Shown: positions 44,892 to 56,659 of the stretch, one piece after another
Layout of the letters: each line of letters opens with the position of its first letter
Position numbering within the stretch: the first letter of the stretch is position 1
IMG/VR virus record: IMGVR_UViG_3300042924_004713
Location: 32,001 to 96,000 of that record
Source: a virus
Reading direction: 5' to 3' (one strand)
Length of the DNA stretch: 64,000 bases
Notes under the pieces: model-generated
What the model saw: only the letters and a program-made list of their open reading frames with translations
Told to the model about the DNA's origin: nothing
Databases searched by the model: none
Program-made: the position numbers and the translations under genes

Positions 44892-45917
44892 ATGAAAAAA
44901 CTTTTGTACGCGGCATTGACGGTGCTGTCATTTAATGCCTGGTCTGCTGATCTAACAGGCGCAGGTGCTACTTTTCCTTATCCTATCTATGCCAAATGGG
45001 CTGAAGCATATAAAGCAGCCACAGGTATTGGTCTAAATTATCAATCAATTGGTTCTGGTGGTGGAATTCGTCAAATCAAAGCCAAGACAGTTGACTTTGG
45101 TGCTAGTGACATGCCACTAAAGCCTGAAGAATTAGACAAAGAAGGTCTAATGCAGTTTCCTGCTATAATTGGCGGAGTTGTGCCTGTTGTTAATCTAGAT
45201 GGTATCGCAGCTGGACAGTTAAAACTAACTAGTGATGTAGTAGCTAACATTCACCTAGGCAAAATTACCAAGTGGAACGACAAAGCAATCACTGATTTGA
45301 ATCCCGGTGTAAATCTACCTGCCATTAATATCACTGTAATTCATCGTGCAGATGGCTCTGGTACAACATTCGTGTGGACCAACTACCTTGGCAAGGCCAA
45401 TGCTGACTTCCAAAAGACAGTGGGCGAAGGCACAGCAGTTAAATGGCCAGTTGGTATAGGCGGCAAAGGCAACGAAGGTGTAGCAGCACAAGTACAACGT
45501 ATCAAAGGTGCCTTTGGTTATGTAGAATATGCTTATGCAAAGAAAAACAAAATTGCTCACGCACAATTGAAAAATCGCGATGGTAACTTTGTTCAACCAA
45601 GCGACGACACATTCAAAGCAGCAGCAGCCAATGCAGATTGGGCTAATGCACCAGGAATGTATCTGTTGTTGACATGGCAAACTGGTAAAGAGGCTTGGCC
45701 TGCAACAGGTGCAAGTTTTATTCTAATGCACAAGCAACAAGCTGATCCGCTTACCGGACGTGCTATTCTTAAATTCTTTGACTGGAGCTACAAGAACGGT
45801 GCAAAAATGAGCGAAGAACTAGAATATGTACACATGCCTCAATCAGTTATTAAACTGATTCAAGATAACTGGCGTAAGGATCTCAAAGGTCCTGATGGTA
45901 ACACAATCTGGAAATAA
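44892..45917 (+). CDS. pstS: Phosphate ABC transporter substrate-binding protein
   Basis: GAGATFPYP, YQSIGSGGG, DFGASD, RADGSGTT. Confidence 0.97.
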   Translation: MKKLLYAALTVLSFNAWSADLTGAGATFPYPIYAKWAEAYKAATGIGLNYQSIGSGGGIRQIKAKTVDFGASDMPLKPEELDKEGLMQFPAIIGGVVPVVNLDGIAAGQLKLTSDVVANIHLGKITKWNDKAITDLNPGVNLPAINITVIHRADGSGTTFVWTNYLGKANADFQKTVGEGTAVKWPVGIGGKGNEGVAAQVQRIKGAFGYVEYAYAKKNKIAHAQLKNRDGNFVQPSDDTFKAAAANADWANAPGMYLLLTWQTGKEAWPATGASFILMHKQQADPLTGRAILKFFDWSYKNGAKMSEELEYVHMPQSVIKLIQDNWRKDLKGPDGNTIWK

Positions 45918-45926
45918 GGATCTATT

Positions 45927-47333
45927 ATGAAGACATTTACAAAACTAGCCTTGTCAATAAGTTTGATATTCAGTGTGCCTGCATACGCAGATGAATATTT
46001 GGATACTCTAAATATTCTACGAGACAAAGGCATATTGACACAAAAGGAATATGATGCCAAGGTCAAAGCCTACGAAGACAAAGCGGAAAACAAAAAGTTT
46101 GCAGAACAGCGAATTGACAAAGATGTTAGTGACTCAGTCAAATACAGACAAGCCAGAGCCAACGACGGATCAGTCACAGAAAATGGAATCGGACTCAAAA
46201 GCAAAGATGGAAACAATACCATCCAACTTACAGGTCGATTACACATGGACTATAGACAATACTCACCAGATTACGGTGCAGGTCAAACCACGGATTCGTA
46301 TCAGGACCTAGCTGAAGTTCGTCGTGCTCGATTTGGTGTGCGTGGCCAATTCCAGAAGGATTTCAAATATGAGATCGTGGGGAATCTAGGCAATGACATA
46401 GGTGCAGCAAGTTCCAGTACCACTATGGATGTAGCCTGGGTCAACTACGCTGCTAATCCAGAGGCTCAGTTTCAATTTGGTTTATTCAAGATGCCTTTCA
46501 GCTTAGAGCAACTTACCAGCTCCAACAACATTGATATGATGGAGCGTAGTTTGATTGGTCAAACCGAAGGCGAATTCATTCCTGCCAAAGAAACAGGATT
46601 TATGTTGCATGGTGTGCCAAAGACTGGTCTTACCTATGCTGTGGCAGTAAGTCGTGGCCGTGCCAACAAAGATGCAGTGAATGACGGACTTGATTATATT
46701 GGTCGAGTGACTACTAACATTGCAGACCTGCAAGGCAGCAAGGCCTATGTAGCACACCTAGGCGCGGCATATAGCACAGGTGAGATCAAAGGTGGTGTCG
46801 CACCTGCCAGTGGTCGTACCGAAGCACGCAGTGCAAATGCCTGGTTCACTGGCCCAGCATTAGGAGGTATAACTTCAAGAACACGTCAAGGACTTGAAGC
46901 AGCGTTTGCCTATAATGCCTTGAAAGTACAAGCGGAGCAATTTAACTTCAAGTATGATCCTACCACTGGTAATGATCAAGACATTCGGGGTTATTATGTG
47001 TTGGCAGTGTATAATCTTACCGGTGAAAGCTATAACTACCGTGACGGTGTCTTTGGTTCAATCAAACCAAACAATCCAGTAGACAAAGGTGGCCGTGGTG
47101 CTTGGCAAGTGGGCGTGCGTTTAAGCGAGTTTGATGCCAGTGATATCGCTGTGGCCACAGGTAAATCAAATCGTGCAACAGCCATGACCTATGGTCTAAC
47201 CTGGTTTACCACCGAAAACCTACGCTTTATGATAAACTACGTAGACACTAAGTTTGACAGTCTAGTTGGCAGCTCAGGAAGTCGTGTAAATGGCGATCGT
47301 GCTTTGATGTTTAGAAGTCAATTCAACTTTTAA
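45927..47333 (+). CDS. Phosphate-selective porin (OprO/OprP family)
   Basis: Signal peptide, RRARFG, G.FK.PFSLE.LTSS, C-terminal F; follows pstS. Confidence 0.88.
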   Translation: MKTFTKLALSISLIFSVPAYADEYLDTLNILRDKGILTQKEYDAKVKAYEDKAENKKFAEQRIDKDVSDSVKYRQARANDGSVTENGIGLKSKDGNNTIQLTGRLHMDYRQYSPDYGAGQTTDSYQDLAEVRRARFGVRGQFQKDFKYEIVGNLGNDIGAASSSTTMDVAWVNYAANPEAQFQFGLFKMPFSLEQLTSSNNIDMMERSLIGQTEGEFIPAKETGFMLHGVPKTGLTYAVAVSRGRANKDAVNDGLDYIGRVTTNIADLQGSKAYVAHLGAAYSTGEIKGGVAPASGRTEARSANAWFTGPALGGITSRTRQGLEAAFAYNALKVQAEQFNFKYDPTTGNDQDIRGYYVLAVYNLTGESYNYRDGVFGSIKPNNPVDKGGRGAWQVGVRLSEFDASDIAVATGKSNRATAMTYGLTWFTTENLRFMINYVDTKFDSLVGSSGSRVNGDRALMFRSQFNF

Positions 47334-47348
47334 GTCAGCAGAATGGAG

Positions 47349-47373
47349 AAACTCCCTTTAAGGGAGTTTTTTT
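47349..47373 (+). terminator. Intrinsic terminator
   Basis: AAACTCCCT/AGGGAGTTT plus T run. Confidence 0.85.
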
Positions 47374-47407
47374 GTTCAAAATTCTTAACAATCTTCAATT
47401 TTTATGT

Positions 47408-47447
47408 TATAAATAACCTTTGCACAGTGCTCAGGTGAGACTGTGCA
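47408..47447 (+). promoter_or_regulatory. TATAAATA late promoter and groES leader hairpin
   Basis: TATAAATA; TGCACAGT...ACTGTGCA. Confidence 0.6.
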
Positions 47448-47483
47448 TACTTTCTTGCTTAAATTTAAAGGAGAAGGCAAATC

Positions 47484-47768
47484 ATGAAATTGAAACCTCT
47501 ACATGATCGCGTGATAGTAAGAGTGCAAGACTCCGAAACACGCACCCAAAGTGGCATTGTTATTCCCGACAACGCTAAAGAAAAACCAACCACAGGCGAA
47601 GTTCTTGCTGTTGGCCCTGGTCGCTATGACAACGGTGCTTTTGTTGCTACCACAGTAACCGAAGGTGCACGTATTTTGTTTGGTCAGTTCGCTGGACAAA
47701 AAGTCAAAGTGGAGAACGAGGAATACACTATTCTTCGTGAAGAAGACATTCTTGCAATCTTAGCTTAA
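47484..47768 (+). CDS. groES: Co-chaperonin GroES
   Basis: [28 protein letters not shown]. Confidence 0.97.
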   Translation: MKLKPLHDRVIVRVQDSETRTQSGIVIPDNAKEKPTTGEVLAVGPGRYDNGAFVATTVTEGARILFGQFAGQKVKVENEEYTILREEDILAILA

Positions 47769-49403
<1,635 letters not shown>

Positions 49404-49406
49404 AAC

Positions 49407-49433
49407 AAAGCCCGCCCTAGGCGGGTTTTGTTT
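49407..49433 (+). terminator. Intrinsic terminator
   Basis: GCCCGCC/GGCGGGT plus TTTTGTTT. Confidence 0.85.
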
Positions 49434-49497
49434 ATCAGTTGAGTTGTGAAATCTGTGTTTTGCTGCTACAATTGATAACTATGAAATTGGAGGTCAT

Positions 49498-49755
49498 ATG
49501 CAGCACAAACACACCAGAGACGAAATCAGTCTTAGCAGCCAAGATACTGCTGCTAAAATTGGCAACCTATTTGACACTGTTTTAGTTTTAAGCCAGCGTA
49601 TTAGAGAAATCAAGTGCGGACATGCTGCCATGGTAAATCAAGGCACGTCGCCCTTGAGCACTGCTATGCATGAAATAGCCGCAGGCAAAGTCACAAGATC
49701 GTGGTTAAACCGCGAACCTCCCGAAAACAACTCCAGAAGGAAATACCACAAATGA
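49498..49755 (+). CDS. RNA polymerase omega subunit-like protein
   Basis: KIGNLFDTVLVLSQRIREI...PLSTAMHEIAAGKV resembles RpoZ. Confidence 0.65.
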   Translation: MQHKHTRDEISLSSQDTAAKIGNLFDTVLVLSQRIREIKCGHAAMVNQGTSPLSTAMHEIAAGKVTRSWLNREPPENNSRRKYHK

Positions 49756-49925
49756 AAGCCAACAAACATTTCAAACTCAGCAAGAGCAGTAAAATGATGG
49801 CAGCAACTATTCTAAATGCCGAGCGTCGCAATCACTTCCTACGCTCAATGGTGCAAGCAGAAATTGTCAGCAGAATGGCACCACCTAGGATGAACAAAAA
49901 TGAACGTAAGGAATCACACTCATGA
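49752..49925 (+). CDS. Small basic hypothetical protein
   Basis: Coupled ORF. Confidence 0.55.
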   Translation: MKANKHFKLSKSSKMMAATILNAERRNHFLRSMVQAEIVSRMAPPRMNKNERKESHS

Positions 49926-51217
49926 CAGACTATAAAGTAGCCGATATCAGTCTAGCAGACTGGGGCAGAGCAGAGATTGAAATTGCCGAGCACGAGATGC
50001 CAGGTTTGATGTCTATACGAGAAAAATATCGCGACAGCAAGCCACTGACAGGCGCTAGAATTGCTGGTAGTCTACACATGACTATTCAAACTGCTGTACT
50101 GGTTGAAACCTTGGTAGACCTAGGCGCAGAGGTACGCTGGAGTAGCTGTAATATTTTCAGCACACAAGATCATGCTGCGGCTGCTTTAGCAGCTCGAGGT
50201 ATTCCTGTGTTTGCCTGGAAAGGTGAGACCGAAGAAGAATATTGGTGGTGCATAGAGCAGACTCTTACAGGACCCAATGATTGGCGACCCAACATGCTGT
50301 TGGATGATGGGCATGACCTTACTGGATTCGTACACGATCACAGACCAGACTTACTTGACGGCATTGTGGGCGTCAGCGAGGAGACCACCACAGGTATTCA
50401 CAAACTAGTGGAACGTGTGCGAGCTGGCACTCTGCGTTTGCCTGCTATCAATGTAAATGATAGTGTGACCAAGGCAAAATTTGACAATCTTTATGGTTGT
50501 CGTGAAAGCCTGGTTGATGCCATCAAGCGTGCCACTGATGTAATGATTGCTGGTAAAACCGCTGTGGTCTGTGGCTATGGTGATGTAGGCAAAGGATCAG
50601 CACAGGCACTGCGAGCTCTGGGTGCTATTGTATGGGTCACTGAAATAGATCCAATCTGCGCTCTCCAAGCTGCCATGGAAGGCTACAAAGTTACCACAAT
50701 GAAGTATGCAGCTGACAAAGCTGATATCTATGTAACTGCCACAGGCAATATTAATGTGATCACCCGCGAACACATGGAACGCATGAAGAACAATGCTATT
50801 GTGTGCAACATTGGTCATTTTGACAGTGAAATAGACATCGCTGGCATACAAGATCTTGAATGGCGCGAGATCAAGCCCTTGGTTGATCATGTGATCTTCC
50901 CCAATGGCAAACGACTGATTGTATTGGCCAAGGGACGCTTGGTGAATCTTGGTTGTGCCACGGGTCATCCCAGTTATGTAATGAGCAACAGTTTTACCAA
51001 TCAGGTGTTAGCACAGATTGAACTATGGCAGCATCGCGATGACAAAAAGTATGCAGCTGGAGAAATCTATCTACTGCCCAAACACATAGACGAAGAAGTT
51101 GCCAGACTTCATCTTGCTCATGTTGGTGCCAAACTAACCGAACTCAGCGCAGACCAGGCCGCCTATATTGGTGTGCCAGTGCAAGGGCCATTCAAGCCTG
51201 ACACATATCGTTATTAA
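49922..51217 (+). CDS. ahcY: S-adenosylhomocysteine hydrolase
   Basis: [43 protein letters not shown]. Confidence 0.97.
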   Translation: MTDYKVADISLADWGRAEIEIAEHEMPGLMSIREKYRDSKPLTGARIAGSLHMTIQTAVLVETLVDLGAEVRWSSCNIFSTQDHAAAALAARGIPVFAWKGETEEEYWWCIEQTLTGPNDWRPNMLLDDGHDLTGFVHDHRPDLLDGIVGVSEETTTGIHKLVERVRAGTLRLPAINVNDSVTKAKFDNLYGCRESLVDAIKRATDVMIAGKTAVVCGYGDVGKGSAQALRALGAIVWVTEIDPICALQAAMEGYKVTTMKYAADKADIYVTATGNINVITREHMERMKNNAIVCNIGHFDSEIDIAGIQDLEWREIKPLVDHVIFPNGKRLIVLAKGRLVNLGCATGHPSYVMSNSFTNQVLAQIELWQHRDDKKYAAGEIYLLPKHIDEEVARLHLAHVGAKLTELSADQAAYIGVPVQGPFKPDTYRY

Positions 51218-51235
51218 ATCAGCAACTTCCCACGG

Positions 51236-51264
51236 TTGACCATTAAATCCAAAAAGTCTACAAT
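51236..51264 (+). promoter_or_regulatory. Early promoter
   Basis: TTGACC-N17-TACAAT. Confidence 0.75.
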
Positions 51265-51294
51265 CACGATATTGAGACTTTTTGGAGGTTAACT

Positions 51295-51576
51295 ATGTCG
51301 CAACTCACAATCCAAGATATCAATGCTGCCATTATTGGCGGTTCATTCACTAACGAGCAGCTGAACAGCATTGTTGACGCTGTGAAATATGCTCGTGCTA
51401 ATCTTGTAAAACAAGCTCGTTACTCTATCAAGCCCGGCACGGATGTGCAATTCTATAGCGAAAAACGCAACAGCACTATTCGTGGAAAAGTTGCTAAAAT
51501 TGCACTAAAATATGCCACAGTGACTACCCCGCAGGGCACTTGGAAAGTTCCTATGAATATGTTAACAGTTGCATAA
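51295..51576 (+). CDS. Hypothetical early protein
   Basis: 93 aa, GGAGG SD. Confidence 0.7.
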   Translation: MSQLTIQDINAAIIGGSFTNEQLNSIVDAVKYARANLVKQARYSIKPGTDVQFYSEKRNSTIRGKVAKIALKYATVTTPQGTWKVPMNMLTVA

Positions 51577-51591
51577 CAACCAACTTTTTGG

Positions 51592-51620
51592 TTGACCAAT
51601 ATTTTCCATTTCTGTACAAT
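51592..51620 (+). promoter_or_regulatory. Early promoter
   Basis: TTGACC-N17-TACAAT. Confidence 0.75.
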
Positions 51621-51650
51621 AGTGGTACATTAACTAAGAAGGAGTTGTAA

Positions 51651-52028
51651 ATGTCAAAACTTTTTGCTTATGCGGGTACTTGTGTTGTTAATGGTGCAAC
51701 TGTTTACAAATTTGCTAACGACGAGGGTCGTGCAGCGGTGCTAGCCAAACTGGGTGCGACCGACGTAAACATGCTCAAGCTGCCGTTTACCATGGGCAAA
51801 GAAGCTGCTGTTGAATGGCTTGCTGCGCAGGGCATCACCGCTGGCAAGGCACCGCGTGTTGCAAAAGTTGCAAAGCCAGCAAAAGTTGCAAAAACCACAA
51901 CGGTTGCTGTTCCTGTAACCAAGAGCCGTCGTGTGGGCGACAAACCGCGCAAGGGTCAAGATCCCGCGGAGTTTGTAGAAGAATGGTTTGCTGACAAGGC
52001 AGCAAAACTTGCTAAAAAAGCAGCATAA
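51651..52028 (+). CDS. Lys/Ala-rich early protein
   Basis: AKVAKPAKVAK repeats; AAGGAG SD. Confidence 0.7.
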   Translation: MSKLFAYAGTCVVNGATVYKFANDEGRAAVLAKLGATDVNMLKLPFTMGKEAAVEWLAAQGITAGKAPRVAKVAKPAKVAKTTTVAVPVTKSRRVGDKPRKGQDPAEFVEEWFADKAAKLAKKAA

Positions 52029-52030
52029 AC

Positions 52031-52056
52031 AAGCGGCCCCAGGGCCGCTTTTTTCT
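52031..52056 (+). terminator. Intrinsic terminator
   Basis: AAGCGGCCC/GGGCCGCTT plus T run. Confidence 0.85.
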
Positions 52057-52084
52057 TGACCAAAAATATCCATTTTCGTATAAT
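52056..52084 (+). promoter_or_regulatory. Early promoter
   Basis: TTGACC-N17-TATAAT. Confidence 0.8.
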
Positions 52085-52114
52085 AATAGAATAGTAAACA
52101 ACACGGAGCATAGC

Positions 52115-52435
52115 ATGAAATTAGTAATAATTACCCAAGTTTACGAAAACTACGCCTGGATGGAAGATGGTTCTATAGGTACCGGCGATGCGGCCTACTG
52201 GAAAGCCAAGGGCGGCGATGATTATGTTATTCGTAATTTTGATCCTACCCGTTATGCTCCAGGTATCATTGTAGAACAAGTGCGTGGTCGCATTGAATCC
52301 GATAATGATTACATGCGTGAACACATTGTGGATTGGGCTGTAGTTGAAGATGACTACCTTACTGAGCATGAACAAAACCAACTTGCGTTTGACGGTAAGA
52401 TAACTTACCCAGCGAAAGAACTTGAACTAGCATAA
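52115..52435 (+). CDS. Hypothetical early protein
   Basis: 106 aa, GGAG SD. Confidence 0.7.
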   Translation: MKLVIITQVYENYAWMEDGSIGTGDAAYWKAKGGDDYVIRNFDPTRYAPGIIVEQVRGRIESDNDYMREHIVDWAVVEDDYLTEHEQNQLAFDGKITYPAKELELA

Positions 52436-52445
52436 AGAGGAGATC

Positions 52446-52631
52446 ATGCGTATTTGGAGAAAAGGTGAACATGTTTGGTTTAAAACAAAAACTCATGGCA
52501 ACTTAGTCGGTGAAGTGCTTCGTAAGAGATTGAACTATGTCAAAGTTGGTGTATTAGGACTGGGTTGGTATGTCTGGGTTCACGCCGATAAATTGAACAA
52601 AATGGAGTACCAAAGTCAGAGCACAGGCTGA
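52446..52631 (+). CDS. Hypothetical protein
   Basis: 61 aa, GAGGAG SD. Confidence 0.6.
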   Translation: MRIWRKGEHVWFKTKTHGNLVGEVLRKRLNYVKVGVLGLGWYVWVHADKLNKMEYQSQSTG

Positions 52632-52811
52632 CTCTATAGTGCCCTGTGACACTAGCGACAGTGAGCAGTGGTAGCAAGCAAGCCACCAGCGAGAATGAGC
52701 CGTAGCTTGACCATGGCATCCCGGCAAGAAAAGCGCAGGATGGGAATGGCGGACCCTAAACTCAACTAACGACGGTCCTTGTTAGTTTTTAAATATTGTA
52801 ATGGAGGTAGC

Positions 52812-53033
52812 ATGAGAGTAGCACATGATTTTGGTCTAGTACGTATCGTACACGATGGTTCGCCATTTGATACAGCCTATGATATAAAAGTGGAATGGGT
52901 GGTAAACGGTAAATGGGAACTGTATCACGGCTTTAATAGTCTTAGTGATGATTGGGCTCATACCAATGCCAAAGAAGCCGCAGGTCGTGCTATAGCAAAA
53001 ATAGCAGCAGAAGCCGCAAAGGCAATGTCATGA
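52812..53033 (+). CDS. Hypothetical protein
   Basis: GGAGG SD. Confidence 0.65.
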   Translation: MRVAHDFGLVRIVHDGSPFDTAYDIKVEWVVNGKWELYHGFNSLSDDWAHTNAKEAAGRAIAKIAAEAAKAMS

Positions 53034-53254
53034 AACTTGAAATTTCAGGTCTTACTGCCAAGCAGGCAGCACTGTGTGATATTATGTGGGCAATAGAAAC
53101 GCAAGAAGGTGTTGAAAGTTTTATCAGTACCTTGCCTACGCAGGATCAACGTGACTGCCGTAGCCTTATTGAAATGATGAAGCTGGCTTTTATTGACGAA
53201 ATTAACAGTACTGACCTTGCTCAAGAGGTTCTGATCAAATGGACAAAATCTTGA
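53030..53254 (+). CDS. Hypothetical protein
   Basis: Coupled ORF. Confidence 0.6.
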   Translation: MKLEISGLTAKQAALCDIMWAIETQEGVESFISTLPTQDQRDCRSLIEMMKLAFIDEINSTDLAQEVLIKWTKS

Positions 53255-53904
53255 CCGACGGATGGACAGCGGATCAGGTCTGGGCTGCCGCAGTTAGAGC
53301 CAGCCGTATAAACAATGACGAGTATCTACGCAACGACGAATGGGTACCAGATCCTCAGAATCCTGAAGAAGCCAAACTAGGGCGCAAGGCCAATAGATAC
53401 TGGATTAACGAAAGTCTAACTAATCTTGATCTGCTGGAAGCGCAAGATTACGAAGACGGTAGACAGGCTCGAGCGTTTTTTCAAAAGCAATACACGTTTC
53501 GTGTGCTGCGGCAAGATCTGAATGGCTTTGAACAACGCATGGCAAAGACCCTAGGCATAGAACAATTTTATCCTAGTATGTCCACTGAGTATTCAGTAAT
53601 TGCAAGTCAAATTCCTAGATGGCGTGCGAGTTGCATCGAACAGGAAATTCTCAAAGACGCTGTGGCCACGCCCTTGGCCACAGTGGGAGAACGTATCCAA
53701 AGACAGGTAACCGTGGCTCGAGCTGTGTATAGCGAAAAATACAATATGAATTTTCTAACTGGGCGTACCAATTGCGGTCACCGAGTGATGTTTGGATACA
53801 AGACCAAATTGGAATTGGGGCGAACCTACAGCATACTGGGCACAGTAAAAGAACACAGATCGGACTGTACCCAATTGAATCGTGTGAAAGTGATTGACCA
53901 TTAA
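53239..53904 (+). CDS. Hypothetical protein with a C-terminal OB-fold-like region
   Basis: ...ILGTVKEH...TQLNRVK. Confidence 0.6.
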   Translation: MDKILTDGWTADQVWAAAVRASRINNDEYLRNDEWVPDPQNPEEAKLGRKANRYWINESLTNLDLLEAQDYEDGRQARAFFQKQYTFRVLRQDLNGFEQRMAKTLGIEQFYPSMSTEYSVIASQIPRWRASCIEQEILKDAVATPLATVGERIQRQVTVARAVYSEKYNMNFLTGRTNCGHRVMFGYKTKLELGRTYSILGTVKEHRSDCTQLNRVKVIDH

Positions 53905-53951
53905 AACACTTTTTTATATAATACTAGATGTAATGTTAACTAGGAGCCAAA

Positions 53952-55043
53952 ATGTCTGAGACACGTACCGTAACAATCAAGCAAGCACGCCGCAGCATCA
54001 ACAAAGCCTTTGCTGTGAAACGTCCGATCTTTCTGTGGGGGCCTCCAGGTATCGGCAAGAGTGAGTTAGTTGAAGGTATCACCAAGGAGCTTGGTGGTTT
54101 TATGATCGACCTGCGATTGGGTCAAATGGAACCCACTGACATTCGTGGTATCCCGTTTTACAACAAAGAGCTTGGCAAGATGGATTGGGCTCCACCTATT
54201 GATTTGCCTGATGAGGAATTGGCCAGTCAGTATCCTGTGGTTGTGTTGTTCTTGGACGAACTTAACTCTGCGGCACCAGCTGTACAAAGTGCAGCGTATC
54301 AGCTGATTTTGAATAGACGTGTAGGAAAGTATCGCTTGCCTGATAATGTTGTAATGATTGCAGCAGGCAACCGTGAGTCGGACAAAGGCGTTACATACCG
54401 TATGCCTACTCCTTTGGCTAACCGGTTTATTCACCAAGAACTCAAGCAGGACTTTGCATGTTGGCACGAGTGGGCTGTTGAAAACAAGATTCATCAAGAT
54501 GTTGTTGGTTATCTGAGCTTTGCCAAGCAAGACCTATATGACTTTGATGCAAAGAGTGCTAGCCGAGCTTTTGCAACACCGCGTTCCTGGACCTTTGTCA
54601 GCGAGATTCTTGTGGACGAAGATCTTGATGAGGACACTGCTACAAATCTTATTGCTGGTACCGTTGGTGAAGGTCTGGCAGTAAAGTTTGCAGCACATCG
54701 CAAGGTCGCAGCCAAGATGCCCAAGCCAGAAGACATTCTTGCTGGCAAGGTCAAAGAGCTCAAGGTCAAAGAAGTTTCAGCGATGTACTCCTTGGTGACT
54801 TCTATGTGTTATGAACTCAAGGACGCACATGAAAATGGCGCAGACGAAAAAGTGTTCAATGGCATGGCAGACAACTTCTTCCGTTTCATGATGGACAATT
54901 TTGAAACTGAGATTGTTGTGATGGGTGCTCGTGTTGCGCTGACCACATATGATCTACCGTTCCAGCCCAGCAAGCTCAAGAACTTTGATGAGTTCCACGA
55001 GCGTTATGGCAAGTACATTCTGAGTGCTAGTTCGAATTCCTAA
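53952..55043 (+). CDS. MoxR-like AAA+ ATPase
   Basis: GPPGIGKS, LFLDE, AAGN, LANRF; promoter at 53894-53922. Confidence 0.9.
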   Translation: MSETRTVTIKQARRSINKAFAVKRPIFLWGPPGIGKSELVEGITKELGGFMIDLRLGQMEPTDIRGIPFYNKELGKMDWAPPIDLPDEELASQYPVVVLFLDELNSAAPAVQSAAYQLILNRRVGKYRLPDNVVMIAAGNRESDKGVTYRMPTPLANRFIHQELKQDFACWHEWAVENKIHQDVVGYLSFAKQDLYDFDAKSASRAFATPRSWTFVSEILVDEDLDEDTATNLIAGTVGEGLAVKFAAHRKVAAKMPKPEDILAGKVKELKVKEVSAMYSLVTSMCYELKDAHENGADEKVFNGMADNFFRFMMDNFETEIVVMGARVALTTYDLPFQPSKLKNFDEFHERYGKYILSASSNS

Positions 55044-55968
55044 TTCTAGCTAGATCTGCGGTGGCACAGTGTATGCCCAGATCCCAGAATGTTTGATGAC
55101 GCAGGGGTGCTACTAGAAGGTGGCACCCTTTTTGTTTCAATAGGTCTCTGAGTTCAGGATGATCTTGACCTGTAATCACCAGAGTATGATCAATGATCAA
55201 GATATTGATTTCAAACACAGTTTCAGCGGCGCAGCCTACCCAAGAAGGTATCGTGGCATTGACCCACTGTGCGAATTCACTGTGAGGCGGATGTTGGTCA
55301 CTATGCCATTTTCTATCCAGAGTACCTGCAAAGGTTTCATTGAGATATAGCACCGTATGATCCGGAAAATGCTGTTTGAAGAAAAATTTCTGAAGAGCAT
55401 GCTGCGCATGATCTCTACTGGCAGCGATTACACCAGGTGTGGGTATGCACCACCAACCATCAAGGTGCCCGGTGTTATAGTATCTGCGTCTGGGCTTGGC
55501 TACGTATTGCTCAAACCAGTGTTCGGCTTGGGGGAGATCTTCTATATGGTCAACGCTGTAGTACACACAGTCTGGAAGATCAAGAACGTTGGCACCATGT
55601 ATGTCCGGTGCACTGGGTCTGGTTATAATCACATCCTGACCACGTGCAAGGTCCACAATGTGCTGATATCCAGGAGCTCGTGAATTGGACTGTACACACA
55701 AACGATTGTGCAAGAGTATTAGATCGTCTCGTGGTGCCACAGGTGGCAACACTGAGTTTGGAACACAGTCCAGATTGGGTCTAAGAACCTGTACACCAAG
55801 TGTGACCAAAAGTGATGCTAGAGCATCTAGATCTTCCTGTGTTTCTTGTGCTATAATTTCAAGATGCTGACGTACATGATAGTCAACCCAGTCAAATCTT
55901 GATGGACTCCAACATGAGCCAACAACTGCTGTGGTTAGTCTATCCCATGGCGAGTCTACTGAAAACAT
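55027..55968 (-). CDS. Amidinotransferase-family (pentein) protein
   Basis: SPWDRL..AVVG, APRDD, HLDG, GIHCAT; TAAATA-N5-ATG start at 55968. Confidence 0.8.
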   Translation of the reverse strand: MFSVDSPWDRLTTAVVGSCWSPSRFDWVDYHVRQHLEIIAQETQEDLDALASLLVTLGVQVLRPNLDCVPNSVLPPVAPRDDLILLHNRLCVQSNSRAPGYQHIVDLARGQDVIITRPSAPDIHGANVLDLPDCVYYSVDHIEDLPQAEHWFEQYVAKPRRRYYNTGHLDGWWCIPTPGVIAASRDHAQHALQKFFFKQHFPDHTVLYLNETFAGTLDRKWHSDQHPPHSEFAQWVNATIPSWVGCAAETVFEINILIIDHTLVITGQDHPELRDLLKQKGCHLLVAPLRHQTFWDLGIHCATADLARIRNSN

Positions 55969-55991
55969 GATGTTATTTAGAGTCAACAAAC

Positions 55992-56234
55992 ATGAACGCA
56001 GAATTTCCCATAACCATTCGTAGACAATTCGTACCTTACAGTCATCATCAAGTATCCGATCTGTTGAAAGCCATGCGTAAGACTTTTGGACCACCTGGCC
56101 CTACTAGACGTTGGATATTCAAAGTTCCATTGGATGAACATGGCGCCAACGCATGGCAAATTGACTTGTTTTTTAGAGATAGGAACGATAGTTTGATCTT
56201 TTGTCTTAAATATCTTGGTGAAACAAATGAATAA
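55992..56234 (+). CDS. Hypothetical protein
   Basis: 80-aa ORF. Confidence 0.55.
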   Translation: MNAEFPITIRRQFVPYSHHQVSDLLKAMRKTFGPPGPTRRWIFKVPLDEHGANAWQIDLFFRDRNDSLIFCLKYLGETNE

Positions 56235-56616
56235 ATCAAAATGGAAATGTACCAAGCTAGATGCTAGATACAATTACAAAAAATACTTTGGATACATGAT
56301 TGAGGTTCAAGGTATAGGTAACTCAGCGTTGAAAGCAGTGGAATTTAATCGAGTAAAACAATGGTTTGAACAAACCTATGGACACAGTGCCGAGGTTAGA
56401 GATTGGGTCAACATTGTTGGTTACTTTAATTTTACACAGGCCGCTAGTACTCTTTGGCGTAAAAAACTACCAGTACAACAGGAAGAAATGCCATTGGACA
56501 TAATCAGCGAACACTGGAGTTGGACCAACGGACGTGATGGCGAGGATCATAGAATCTACTGTGCCAGCGAAAAGGAAGTGGCGTTTTTCCGCTTGGCGCA
56601 CAAGCTTGACCAATAA
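56227..56616 (+). CDS. Hypothetical protein
   Basis: 129-aa ORF. Confidence 0.6.
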   Translation: MNKSKWKCTKLDARYNYKKYFGYMIEVQGIGNSALKAVEFNRVKQWFEQTYGHSAEVRDWVNIVGYFNFTQAASTLWRKKLPVQQEEMPLDIISEHWSWTNGRDGEDHRIYCASEKEVAFFRLAHKLDQ

Positions 56617-56659
56617 TTCATTATTTGCTATAATGTGTGCATAGTTACTAGGAGAGAAC

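Noticed and set aside
47421-47447. CIRCE element before groES
   Set aside because: The inverted repeat TGCACAGT/ACTGTGCA does not match TTAGCACTC-N9-GAGTGCTAA; kept only as a leader hairpin.
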